DNA of 64,000 nucleotides from Plasmodiophora brassicae (Eukaryota): NCBI GenBank assembly GCA_036867785.1, contig CP145409.1, positions 1,178,001 to 1,242,000 of the forward strand, read 5' to 3'. Shown piece by piece: positions 48,662 to 59,643 of this stretch (position 1 is its first letter; each line of letters starts with the position of its first letter). The notes under the pieces were generated by a model. It saw only the letters and a program-made list of their open reading frames with translations, ran no database searches and was not told where the DNA came from. The position numbers and the translations under genes were made by a program.

Positions 48662-50308
48662 TCACCTACGTGGAGGTGCCGTCGCTGTGATGAACGGGGC
48701 GGTGACAAACTCGCCGCCACCGTTGGAATCGTCGGATTCGTAGTCGTCGTTCGCCGATGGAGGCACGACGGCGACGGCGGCGGCGGCGGCGACAACGAGG
48801 TCGTCGTCGGCCTGGGTCGTGTCGAAATCGCTGCGAATGTGGATGTCGTCCTTGTACGCGTTCTGCTGCGTCATGTAGTCGGACAGGAGTTGCCGGACCT
48901 GGTCCTCGAGGAAGCCGAGGTGGGCGGTCAGCGACGACTCCGTTACGGGCAACGTGGCCAGCGGGTCGGCCGACTCGCCGAACAGCTGGAGGATCTTGCC
49001 GAGGCCGACGCGAAGGTTGACGACCGTACGCGCCTGGTCCGCCTTCTTCTCGTCGAGGTCGGCCAGCAGGTCCTGCATCTCATGTAGCTTCCCGGTCACG
49101 TTGCCGATGACGGTCTGCGATACGAGCTTCTCCCGCAGGACGCCGTCGACGACCGTGCCGCCGTCGCCGTGCTTCTTGGCGTCCTCGATGGCGCTGGTCT
49201 CGTCCCGGATCACAGTGACGGCCTGCTCGAGCTCCTCGATGTCGTTGCTGAGGTAGTTGACCGCCTGGAACTGCCGGAAGTTGTTGTCCTCGCTGTCCTC
49301 GAAGACGGCGATCAGGTCCTGCATGCTGCTGACGCCCGTCGCCTGGCACAGCCGCTCGAATTGCACTTTGTACATGTCGACCTTGGCGGCGGTCAGCTTG
49401 ATGCACGCTTTGTCTTTGGCAATGTCCCAGGCACCCGCCGTCATGATCTTGCGAAGCTCGCCCTCCTGGCCCTGCGCCCACTTCTCCTTCTCCTTGATCA
49501 GTCGACGGTCGCTCAGCGCTTGTATGTGCGCAGTGATCTTGGCGTTGTACGCGACGAGGCGACCGAGGTCCCTCCACTGCTCCTGGAACTGCCTGTGCTC
49601 TTTGTCGCCGCCCCGTTTCAGGTCGGCCACGACCTGTGTGGATTGGTCGCGACCTTCCGCCAGCGTCACCGCCTTCTCGACGACAGCGCTGATGTTCACC
49701 ATGGCCGCGTCGATGCGCTCGAGCAGGTGGCTGATTGTGCGCTCCACCATCATCTTGTCGACGCGCAGGTTGTGGATCGTCTGGCGCATGGCCCGGTTGC
49801 TGGTCTGTTGACGGTTGAAGTCGATCCGGGCGCGATGCAGGCGATGCTCCAGCAGGTTGATCTGCTTCATGTCGTGGTCGCTCGCCTCCTGCAGGGCGTT
49901 AATGCCACCGCGCTGCCGGCGTCGTTCCATGATGCCAAAGTGGAACTCTTCGGCCAAGTGTTCCAGGCGGTCGAGACGCTCCTGCTTCTCCTGCGTCTTG
50001 GACGAGAACCACTCGTCGCGAACGTCGTCGATATCGTCCGTGCCCGCTTCGTCGCACGCCTTCTGCTCGGTCAGCCATGCCAGATGCGCCGAGTCGCTGC
50101 TGAGCTGTTTCTGCATCTTGAAGTTGGCCGATTTGATCTTGTCGATCTGGCCGTGGAACATCCGGCTGACGGACGGCGTGAAGTTGTTCAACGGGACCGT
50201 GCGCGCCTCCAGCCGCCGCGTCTGTCGATGCAGCTGATCCAGCTTCGCCGTCACCGCCATCGTCGTGTCATCCTCGTACGTCGGCGTCTTCTCCTTGAAC
50301 AGCCCCAT
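48662..50308 (-). CDS. Outer dynein arm docking complex subunit (ODA1/CCDC114-like) coiled-coil protein
   Basis: Long coiled coil with ATG.....LI..FEDSEDNNF..F..VN.L..DIEELE motif; single exon. Confidence 0.78.
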   Translation of the reverse strand: MGLFKEKTPTYEDDTTMAVTAKLDQLHRQTRRLEARTVPLNNFTPSVSRMFHGQIDKIKSANFKMQKQLSSDSAHLAWLTEQKACDEAGTDDIDDVRDEWFSSKTQEKQERLDRLEHLAEEFHFGIMERRRQRGGINALQEASDHDMKQINLLEHRLHRARIDFNRQQTSNRAMRQTIHNLRVDKMMVERTISHLLERIDAAMVNISAVVEKAVTLAEGRDQSTQVVADLKRGGDKEHRQFQEQWRDLGRLVAYNAKITAHIQALSDRRLIKEKEKWAQGQEGELRKIMTAGAWDIAKDKACIKLTAAKVDMYKVQFERLCQATGVSSMQDLIAVFEDSEDNNFRQFQAVNYLSNDIEELEQAVTVIRDETSAIEDAKKHGDGGTVVDGVLREKLVSQTVIGNVTGKLHEMQDLLADLDEKKADQARTVVNLRVGLGKILQLFGESADPLATLPVTESSLTAHLGFLEDQVRQLLSDYMTQQNAYKDDIHIRSDFDTTQADDDLVVAAAAAVAVVPPSANDDYESDDSNGGGEFVTAPFITATAPPRR

Positions 50309-50635
50309 GGCTGCACCACTTAGACCGACACAACCGAAGTAGCACGACGATCTCGACGAGTACCCGTAGTGCACGGTTATATACGTAGTAACATGTGGTG
50401 CCCCTCAGGTGACGTACGCCTGCACCGCAGTCCAATAACGTTGTATCGTCAGCGGGAACATCAATGAGGCGAGCAGCGCAAGCATGGCCCGCTGTCATCG
50501 CGGATAATTATAGCGCGCCCGGTCTGCGGAGTCCGCTACGGGGGCCCGGGGTATGGTTCGAAGACGCCGAGTGAGGGCCCGCAGGCGCCGGCACTCGGGA
50601 AATTGCGGGGAGGTGCTCGGTGGATGCTGTCTGCC

Positions 50636-51634
50636 ATGCTGTCTGCGCGTGCTGCCGTCGTTGTCGTTGCTGCCATCGTTCTGGCGGCAGGCGCACTGTG
50701 CAGCAACGACCTGGAGCGTGAGTATGAGCAACGCATGAAGGAATTACAAGCCGAGCGAGCGAGGCTTCAGGACCTGACCAATGCGCAGCTGGCTGCATGC
50801 GCGAAACTGAAAAGGATGGAGCGTCGACCGTTGGATCGAATGATCAAGGAGCAGAGCGACAAGGTCGACAAGATATTCAACAAGACGAAAGAAGTTCTTG
50901 CCAAGCTTGTCGCGCTTCGTCGAGCGGAACAGTCTGCCCAAGCGGGATCGTCACGTCCTCTGCCTGTTAAGTCCCGCAACGTCGAGAAGGACCTGGCCCA
51001 ACATGGCAAGATGAGCATGAAGGTTGTCAAAGACGCGCTCCTGCGTACAGCCGTCCCGGTGCGCAGTGGACTTCAGCACGCTGCATCTGATGACGGCGGT
51101 GATCACAAGGACGGCGCGAACAATCTCCCGACCGCCGAAATTGCCGGTCGCAATCCAGAACACTCTTCTGATCATTGCAATGTGGATTATCGTTGCCAGA
51201 ACACGGTGCATGCTGATTATCAGGCTCGCCTTATTGAGAAGCCGAACTGCCTGCACAGTTATTTCGCTGCAGGCGGCCCCGTGGTTAGTCATGCGGCCCG
51301 TGGGCAGACTAGCAGCGGCGCTATACCTGGCGGTGCGACCGTGACGAACACGGATGATGATCTCGCTTCAGTGGCAAGTGATACCCCCAGCAATGTTGAC
51401 CCAGCTCTGTGTAAGCGAATTCGATTTCGTGATCCACTTTGGATATGGGCTGACGTGGTACCTATGGGCAGCCTTCGACGATTGGGACATTGTTCCCCGC
51501 GGCGATCTCGACGCCGGCGGCTGGACTGTCCTGTAATGCGAATCGCCCAACTACTGCGGGCCACCGCTCCTCCCATTTCCCTTATCCATACACGGCACCG
51601 ACATCTGCGTCGAACCTCAGCTGCGCGCCATTGA
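50636..51634 (+). CDS. Secreted hypothetical protein, paralog A (3' end may be spliced near 51411)
   Basis: Signal peptide followed by CSNDLEREY.. coiled coil; similar to the 51805 gene. Confidence 0.7.
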   Translation: MLSARAAVVVVAAIVLAAGALCSNDLEREYEQRMKELQAERARLQDLTNAQLAACAKLKRMERRPLDRMIKEQSDKVDKIFNKTKEVLAKLVALRRAEQSAQAGSSRPLPVKSRNVEKDLAQHGKMSMKVVKDALLRTAVPVRSGLQHAASDDGGDHKDGANNLPTAEIAGRNPEHSSDHCNVDYRCQNTVHADYQARLIEKPNCLHSYFAAGGPVVSHAARGQTSSGAIPGGATVTNTDDDLASVASDTPSNVDPALCKRIRFRDPLWIWADVVPMGSLRRLGHCSPRRSRRRRLDCPVMRIAQLLRATAPPISLIHTRHRHLRRTSAARH

Positions 51635-51804
51635 AGAAACAGCCGTGATGCGGTCGCCTGTGCCACCTTCGGAGTCTACCTATGCCTTCACACGGTGTCC
51701 GTGATCCGCGCGGCGATCTGCACTGCGGAGTCAAATTCGGGGTTCGCCTCGCACGCCGGGATCGATAGTCCGGTTGCGGTATCGCTTCGAGGGGGTCGTT
51801 CACC

Positions 51805-52629
51805 ATGCTGTATCTGCGTGCAGCCCTCGTCATTGTCGTCGTCGCCGTGACGGTAGGCGCGGTATGCAGCAACGACCTGCAGCGCGTGTACAATGCTCGA
51901 CTGCTGGAACTGCGCACCGAGACAGCGAAGCTTCATTGCCTGACGATTGCGAAGGAGACCGTCCGGAACATGAAATCGGGCCAGCGGAAGAACTTGAACC
52001 GAATGATCAAGGCGCAGACCGGAGTAGTGGAAATGCTTGACAAGGAAGTCAGAGCCGCCCTCACCGAGCTCGTCGCCGTTCGTCGAGCGAAACAGGCAGC
52101 GTCTCAGGACACGCGTCCCTTGCCCCAGTCCCGAGACGACGTCCATGTCAGCGTCCCTGTAAAGCTCGAGGAACGTCGTATCAAGGTGGACGAAAACACC
52201 CTAATCGATCTTGCTGATGAGGCCCTCATGCAAGGAGCCTGCGTGGACAAGGAACTCCTGATCGCTGCAGCTGAAGACGATGTTGGCCACCGAAATGAAG
52301 AATCCGATCCAGTGCAGCGCCTCAGTGGCACTGTGGAGCCGCAACAAGGCACTGAATTCGACAGGGACGACGTCATTGGTGAACCAGTTCTGCATACAAA
52401 GGACGTGAAGTACGTGCAGAATTATTTCGATATTGATGCTCCCATGGGTGCACATAGTGACCTGCAGAGTAACGACGCCATTGTAACTGATGATGATGCG
52501 ACGAGCATCGCCGGCATCGACGATGATCTCGACTCAGTCTCGATTGAGAGCCCCATCGACCACTCCATCGGTACGATGGCTCCGCTCTTCCTAATGCCAA
52601 TTCGCCGTGTTCTGACTTGTTCCTCATGA
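51805..52629 (+). CDS. Secreted hypothetical protein, paralog B (3' end may be spliced near 52571)
   Basis: Signal peptide followed by CSNDLQRVY..; shares RMIK.Q, LVA.RRA.Q and DDDL.SV with paralog A. Confidence 0.72.
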   Translation: MLYLRAALVIVVVAVTVGAVCSNDLQRVYNARLLELRTETAKLHCLTIAKETVRNMKSGQRKNLNRMIKAQTGVVEMLDKEVRAALTELVAVRRAKQAASQDTRPLPQSRDDVHVSVPVKLEERRIKVDENTLIDLADEALMQGACVDKELLIAAAEDDVGHRNEESDPVQRLSGTVEPQQGTEFDRDDVIGEPVLHTKDVKYVQNYFDIDAPMGAHSDLQSNDAIVTDDDATSIAGIDDDLDSVSIESPIDHSIGTMAPLFLMPIRRVLTCSS

Positions 52630-53358
52630 TAGCCTGCGGCGACTGGGACCTTGTCCCTGGCAGCGACGATGATGGTGCTGGCGGCTGGACGCTTGTCTAA
52701 CATGCTGCTGCTCCGGTTCAAATCCTCGTTACCTAGGTGCGTCACCCCACGTTACCTACACGATACAACGTCCAAACTCGGAACACAACCATGCTCTATT
52801 GCCTTCGTACCCTATGAATTCGCACAGGCCTCGCTTAAATTCTGAAAGTACAATCGTAGAACGTGGCTAACGTTTGCCATCCTGCCTTTAGGCAGAGCGA
52901 TGTCCATGCTGTCGCTGGTGGCGTATCAATTATGTACAGGGAAGTCCAGGAGCGCTTTGTTGGGCGTTGCTTGAGACGAGGCAGGGCTCCGCATGAGCAC
53001 CATGCCGGTGATGACGATGTGGCGTGAAATGCGTTGGCCATTCCGGGCACGAGCGAAGCTAAAAGGCGTTGAATTGCCAGCCAACGACCGCACCATCCTG
53101 GAAAGGATACGCCGTTGTGATCGAACGCGCCCCCAGGGACACTGGACTGGCATCGACCCCGGGTGGGCTCCAGCAGAGTTGTCGCACCCTGCTGTAGTTG
53201 CTGGTGTCTCGCCCCGGTCAGCGGTATCGTGCACAGGCGACGTCGTACGAGCGTTGACGGGGGACGCTCAGTGGTAAACGTGTGGGCCCGACGGGTGTGC
53301 ACACCGCGACGTTGCTCGCCTCCGTGGCCATTTGCGGACGCGTCGTGTCGTGATCCGG

Positions 53359-54716
53359 ATGTCGTACGACGATTTCCCGTTGAGCCTGGACAGCAACGCG
53401 ACCAGCCAGCATCCGACGTTCGCGATCTCGGCGCTGCAGGCCGATGGGCGCGCCAGGGTCTTCCTGCTGGGTGCGCACCGATCCGGGAAATCGTCGATCG
53501 AGAAGGTTGTCTTCCATAAGGTGGAACCTCGCGTCGCTCTGCCTTCATGAAGCATGCCTGATTCTGCCCTGCCGGATAGATGTCGCCCCACGAAACGCTG
53601 TTCCTGGAATCCACGCGCTCAATAGGCGTTACCGACATCAACAGCAACCCGCTTGTCAATCTCCAGATCCTTGATTTCCCTGGCGGCTATGCGTTCCAAG
53701 GTATTCGTCTGTCGTATCTTTCGTGATGGCCGTCGCTGACCTCCCAGTGGCAGGCGTCGACCGCGTCAATTCGCTACGTTCGTGCTCGGCGATGGTGCTG
53801 GTCGTTGATGCGACGAACGGCTCGCAAGCAGCCCAGGATGTGAAGTACTTGGTGGGATGCATTGAAGTAGCGCATCGTGTGAATCCCAAGATCAGTTTCG
53901 AGATTCTCATACACAAAGTCGATGGGGACGCATTCCCGCTCGAGGAGCACAAACTGGAAGCACAGCGCAACACCAGGTGCCGCACAGGTCTGCTACTCAG
54001 CAATTCCGCATTCTGATTCGGACGCGTTCGCAGAGCCAGGATCGACTCAGAGCTTCGCGAGGCCAATATCCAGAACGTCCACATCTCCTACCATTTGACC
54101 TCCATCTACGACCACACCATTTTCGAGGTACAGCGGCATCGTTCATTGGCAGCCCCGCTGCTCTAATACCGCTCGCGTAGGCATTCTCAAAGATCTACCA
54201 TAAGATGCTGCCCCAGTTTGCGTTCCTTGAGAATCTCCTCGACTCTCTCATCACGAACAGCTCAATCGAAAAGGCGTTCCTGTTCGACGTGATATCCAAG
54301 ATATACATCTGCACGGACTCCAACCCAGTCGACATGCAGACCTATGAACTCTGCTCCGACATGTACGTTACGCGTTGCCAGGCGCGCGCCTCTGTACACT
54401 GAGGTGTCTTGCCAAAAGGATCGACGTTGTTGTCGACATTTCGTGCATATACGGTGTACCGAGTGGGGTCGTCCCCGCGAATGCAGGAAAAGGTAGCGAG
54501 AAGCTGGCGACCGATTGCGCGTTCGACAGCGCATCTACGTCGACGATCAAGCTGAGCAACGGCCACGTCCTCGTGCTGCGTGAGGTCGGCAAGTACCTGG
54601 CCCTGGTCTGCCTGATGCGAGAGAAATCCTTCGACAAGGCCGCCCTAGTCGAATTCAACATCAACTGCTTCAAGACTGCACTCAGCCATCTGTGCGAAGG
54701 CATGGCCCAAGGCTGA
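53359..54716 (+). CDS. RRAGC: Rag C/D (Gtr2) GTPase, multi-exon
   Basis: [60 protein letters not shown]. Confidence 0.93.
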
Positions 54717-54870
54717 TCCAGTCGTCCAGCTTGATAAACGTATGTATTCGGGAACGTGGCCGCGACCTGAATCTGGGAACCCACCTGGCTGTGGGTCGGG
54801 CGCCATCCGATATAAAAAGGGCGATTCGGATTCGTTCCGCAAAGCGGTGCTCAACATTGCGATCGTGGCC

Positions 54871-55137
54871 ATGGGGCGCGCTGAGTTATCGTTGGCCCAG
54901 TTCATTCAGAGGCGACAGGTCCGGGACCTGTACCGAGAGGCGCTGCGGGTGGCGCGCGCCAGCCCGTCACCTATCGAGCTCGGCGACGCCATCCGCGCCG
55001 AGTTCCGCACGCACGCGGCCGTCTCCGACACGACCACGATCAGGTTCCTCCTGTCTGACGGACGCGTCCGCCTTCGCTCCCTGCAGACCGCACTCGACCT
55101 TGCCTGCCCGCCTCTCCCTGGCGCTAACGCAAAGTAA
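54871..55137 (+). CDS. LYR-motif protein (LYRM2-like)
   Basis: LSLAQFIQR.QV.DLYREALR...IRAEFR...IRFLLSDG. Confidence 0.82.
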   Translation: MGRAELSLAQFIQRRQVRDLYREALRVARASPSPIELGDAIRAEFRTHAAVSDTTTIRFLLSDGRVRLRSLQTALDLACPPLPGANAK

Positions 55138-55330
55138 ACATAAATAAGCGGAAGGTTCGTTTCCGACGAGTGACACGCTGCCGAGGCCGGCTGTTTGGGC
55201 AACGTCTCGGTCGCAGTCAGCGACAGACAGACAGCACCGCCGCGCACCTCCATTTTAGGCAAAAAGTGACATGATCGCGGTGGCAAGTTCCGCGGCGGCG
55301 CAGTCTGAATTGGTTGGCGGCGTCGACCCG

Positions 55331-56780
55331 ATGCGGCCGTTGTTGCGGTTGGTGCTGATCGGCGCGCTTACATCGGTCGTGCTCGGCGCGCTGCCGGGGT
55401 CGCCCGAGACGCACCGCCGCCCGATCGAGACGCACCACTCCCTGCATCACCCGTTCGACCAGAGCTCCGTGTACTGGAAATATGGCGGGTCGACCGTCAT
55501 GACGACGAAAGCGATTCGGCTGACGCCGGCCACTCAGAGCAGGACGGGATGGCTGTGGAACGACTACCCGGTGGAAAGTGCCAACTGGGAAGTCGAGGTA
55601 TCGGGACCAAACGGTATCGTTTACGCCACCATTGATGATGTCTGTAGATCGGGCTTCGGGTGTTCTCTAAACCTCACTTTGGGGGAGATGGTTTCGCGTT
55701 TTGGGTCCTGTCTTCCGAGATGGATCCGTCGTATTCGGCGTCCCCGACGTCCCTGTCCGGGCCGGTGTTTGGGATGCGTGACGATTTCAAAGGATTCGGC
55801 GTCATTTTCGACACGTACGACAACGATGGGCGCCGCGACAACCCGTCGATCTTTGTCGTCAAGAACATTAACGGGAAGTTTGTCTACAACAACGACAATG
55901 ATCTTGCCGACAACATGGTTCGCAACCTTGATCCTTCGGTCCCGTACAAGTGCACGGCCGATTACCGGAACCTCGTAAGCTCGATATGTTTTGACATCCG
56001 ATGCAACTTGACGGAGGCTTGTTCGTCCAGGGGAAGCCGGTCAAGGTCCTGTTCCGTTACATCCACGGCTCCCTGCATATCTACGTCGATGACACGATCA
56101 AGGAGACCGGGTACAAGTTCTGCCTTGCTGTCAGCATCAACCTCGAGGAGGTCAAAATAACCGAAACGCACTTCGCGTTTACGTCTATGACGGGTGAAGT
56201 TGCCGATGCTGTTGAACTCACTGAGATCACAACGCACTACATTGATGACAGCGACGCGGACATCGCCGACTCGACGCTCGAGCTGTCGCAGAGCGTGGCA
56301 GGGACGCGCTGGAGGTGGCTGTACTGGTTTGTCGCCCTTGGAACCGGTGTGTCCTTGTTGTTCGTGCTGTCCGTAAATTGATCGTCTCAACGCTGCTTTG
56401 TGACAGGCGTCCTTCTGTTTGGATGGACTGTTAGAGACATCATACAGCTGAGCTCGTTCCAGAAGAGCCACGTGAATCCAGTTTATATTTGCAATGAGCT
56501 CAATGCCTGGCTTCTGACCCACTACTGCATTCATTTCGGTCTTTGCGTCTACCTGCTCCTAGGTGGCCGCATCACCGGGGTCATCCTCAATGCTCCGCTG
56601 GCAGCGTACCGTCTCTACTCAATCTGGCAGAAGAACTACTTACTGGATCCGGCCATTCTGACCGGTGGAAGCCACAAGGGGCACGCGAAACCAAAGCTGT
56701 CTTACACCACTCAGCTATATATCGCTGCCTTCCTCTACCTCATTCCAATATTTTACTACGTCGTCTGTCTCGTCAACTGA
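55331..56780 (+). CDS. L-type lectin (VIP36/ERGIC-53-like) fused to a cornichon domain; exons 55331-55597, 55648-55974, 56031-56346, 56407-56780
   Basis: Signal peptide; IRLTP..QSRTG.LWN, GGDGFAFW, GFGVIFDTYDN; then cornichon-like NP..IC..LN, H..L...LL.G, LN.PL..Y, LLDP. All three GT-AG introns preserve the frame. Confidence 0.85.
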
Positions 56781-56896
56781 GCCGTTGGCGACGCGACGGG
56801 GGACACTCCCATCACTTCCCACACGTCCATAAAATTGTGCACATTCCAACAGCAGTAATTCCGGGGCCACTCGTCTGTCGAGAACCAGAACCTGTG

Positions 56897-58235
56897 TCAT
56901 TTATTGGCAACAGCTTTCTGCATGGTCAAAAACCATGCCAGTATCTTCTCGTAGAACAAGAACAGGAATGCGGCGTTCTGTGCGATCTCTCAGACGTCCA
57001 ATGCATGAGTCGACCGGCAACGACGGTTCTAACGGACCAGCACAGTTTGGTACATTTTCGCGGATAATCCCGAGAACAGGCCGAAGAACCCTTCGCGACG
57101 ATAAATCTTGAGGAATGCTGCGACACTGTCAATGCTGACCGTGACAGGGCAGGAATGTTTCGGACCATCGAGTATGCCGGCATACTTGGCGAACGCCGCA
57201 TGCCGGGGAGTGGACGACACTTGCATGCGAGACTTCACAAGTTGGTATGGATACTGTTCGAGAACCCGAGTAAGTCCAGGATGGACGGTCCGTTATCGGC
57301 CGGAGCAACTCACTGTGATCACGGTCGCGACTGCTTTAGCAAACGCACCCAGCAGGAAGTACTCAATGCTTGACTGCGCTCAATCATCAGTGGACAGCCG
57401 AACATCGCCTCCCCAAACCCCAACGGCTACTGACCAGACGAACCGGCGTCTGCGACGTCCCCATACGCTTTCTAACGACAAGGGCGACTAACTGTTCGTA
57501 GGTCATGAACTGAATGGCGGGATTGATGACTAGGACGAGCGATGGCAGCAACCCGGCGTAGAGTCCAGCGATTCCGCTCCGTTCGAATATCGTCTGCAGC
57601 GCGTTCCACATGCCTTCGTAACCTCGCCGGCCGGAATCAACAGCCAATCGCGTCTGAATAACCTGTGCACAAACGGCTATATCGTTAGATGGATACGCGA
57701 GGGCACCGTTCTGGAATCCACGGTGAGTTCTGACCCAAATTGGAGTGGTGACCAAGACGTTTGCCACACCGGCAAGTCCAGCGATGACAATGTTCTGTAA
57801 TGGGGTCAGCTGCTGCTTGCCACGAACAGCCTTGTTCTTGAGAAACGAGTAGAAGTAGAAGTACGCTGCCTGGCCCACGAAGACTCCGGTGAGTGCAGAC
57901 GACATTCCCCTGATGGCCCACGTACGGTTAAACAGGTCCACAGAAAACACAATCGTACGTGAGCGCACCTGTACAAACCAGAAATGCCTTCCCGTTTCGG
58001 GACAGCAAATAACGCATGCAGGACGCCATTCAGGTGCTTGTCGTCGTCGAAATCGTTGTCCCCCTCCTGCCGGTGCACTGCGACTCGGTCAGAAACCCGA
58101 CACGACCCCGCGATCCCTGGACACACCTTGGACTTGCAGGCGGCAGCGAACGTTCTCCAATGGGTACAGCAGCGCCATGGCCATGACGGATGCGGATCCG
58201 CCAGCCAGGGCATGGGTGGTGGCGTCCAGACCCAT
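56897..58235 (-). CDS. Mitochondrial carrier family protein, peroxisomal PMP34/PXN-like, multi-exon
   Basis: YPLENVRCRLQ, TTPIWV..TRL, LVINPAIQFMTYEQL; three carrier repeats. Confidence 0.87.
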
Positions 58236-58516
58236 TCGGCCGCAAACGGGCCGAGGCGATCAGCGACCCAAAAATGGATCGCTCGCAGGGAGGTCGACCC
58301 CTTATGTTGCAATTGCTCGTGACAGTGCGAAGCAGACATACACAGAGCACGTCATCGGCGCACAAACAACAATAGCCTGTAGTGGTTTCACCTCCTGATT
58401 GTCGATACGTTGCGGTCGTCATTCGTCGTGTCGTGACAACAGCTGTCAAGCTACTCCCAAAGGCGGCAAGTTCCCGATCACATTCCGCGCCTACATTCGA
58501 ATGGGCTCGAATGTCC

Positions 58517-59149
58517 ATGGTCTACAGAGTACTGTCGCCGAGGAGACAATTCGCCGGTGCTTCGTCGAAGGCTAACGTCTGACTCTGGCATTGACAGACG
58601 CCGACGGACGGCGTGCATCAGGGAGCACGACATCGAGTCGCTTGGTGGGGTTCCTGCGGGGGCTGCTCTAATTGCTCCGACGTAGCGGATAGAACGCATT
58701 GGACCTGATCGTTCTGGTTGGAGAAGAGCCGATGGGTTTATCTAACGACTCCCTCGAGGCCATTGTCGTAACGGCCATGCCCACGACGTTCAGCATCCAG
58801 CCGAGCAGCATTGTTGATGATCCCAACCAGAACGACGATGATCCTGCGTCCGCAGAGGATGTCGTCGTCGGGAAGAAGATGGTTCCCAGCCTCCTCGACA
58901 CCGTCGACTATCCCGGGATGCTTAAACACAAAGTTCGCCAATTGGTGTCGGGCCTGAAACGTGTGTCCCGAAACGAGCACGCCGCCACGAGAGACTGGTC
59001 CGATTGCATCTCGACGACCTGTCTCTAAGGTGCCGCACAAGCAATTGCGACTTGATGGCATGATAACGAGCTGGCAACAGTCACCGGCGACGTCGTCAAG
59101 CGGCAACAATCTGCGCTTCCAACAACCCGTCAAAATGATGCATTTGTGA
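58517..59149 (+). CDS. Hypothetical protein (exon structure uncertain)
   Basis: Protein-like ORF pieces with an intron-like gap at about 58933-59029. Confidence 0.3.
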
Positions 59150-59643
59150 AAGCAGACCAGGAACTCGCGTATGCTATTCAGGCTGTCATATGCACTGCGT
59201 TCCCGTTCATGGCCCGGGTGATGTGACGCTGGCGTGTAGCCGCACGTCCCGTTCTTATTCGCGGTTGTGGCCATCATTGTCGACGACCTTATGTCGAATC
59301 GCGAGTAAACCGGGTGGTGACTATGACGTCGCCTAACTCTGTGCTGATGCGCTGTCGTGTACACTGTCCCGTCCTGGGCGCAATGTCCCGTCTACACGCT
59401 GTCGCTATAGCGGGTGTCCACTGGTAGTACGATTGCAATATAGTGTCGGGTTTGGATGGGCCTGCGCGTTCGAGGCTGCTAGCTGAACCAATGGACGGCT
59501 GCGGTGGGTATCGGCATCAGCTCGACTGATTGCCCGACATGCCAACCTGGGGCCGGATACGAGCCCCGCATAGCGCCCGCCTTCACACTCGTTGCGATCA
59601 GGCAATACAGCATGACCACGAATGGGAGACAGCGTGCATTTGT

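Noticed and set aside
49169-50323. 384-aa plus-strand ORF
   Set aside because: Antisense shadow of the ODA-DC coiled-coil gene.
52835-53340. ORFs upstream of the Rag GTPase
   Set aside because: No recognisable motif or consistent exon structure.
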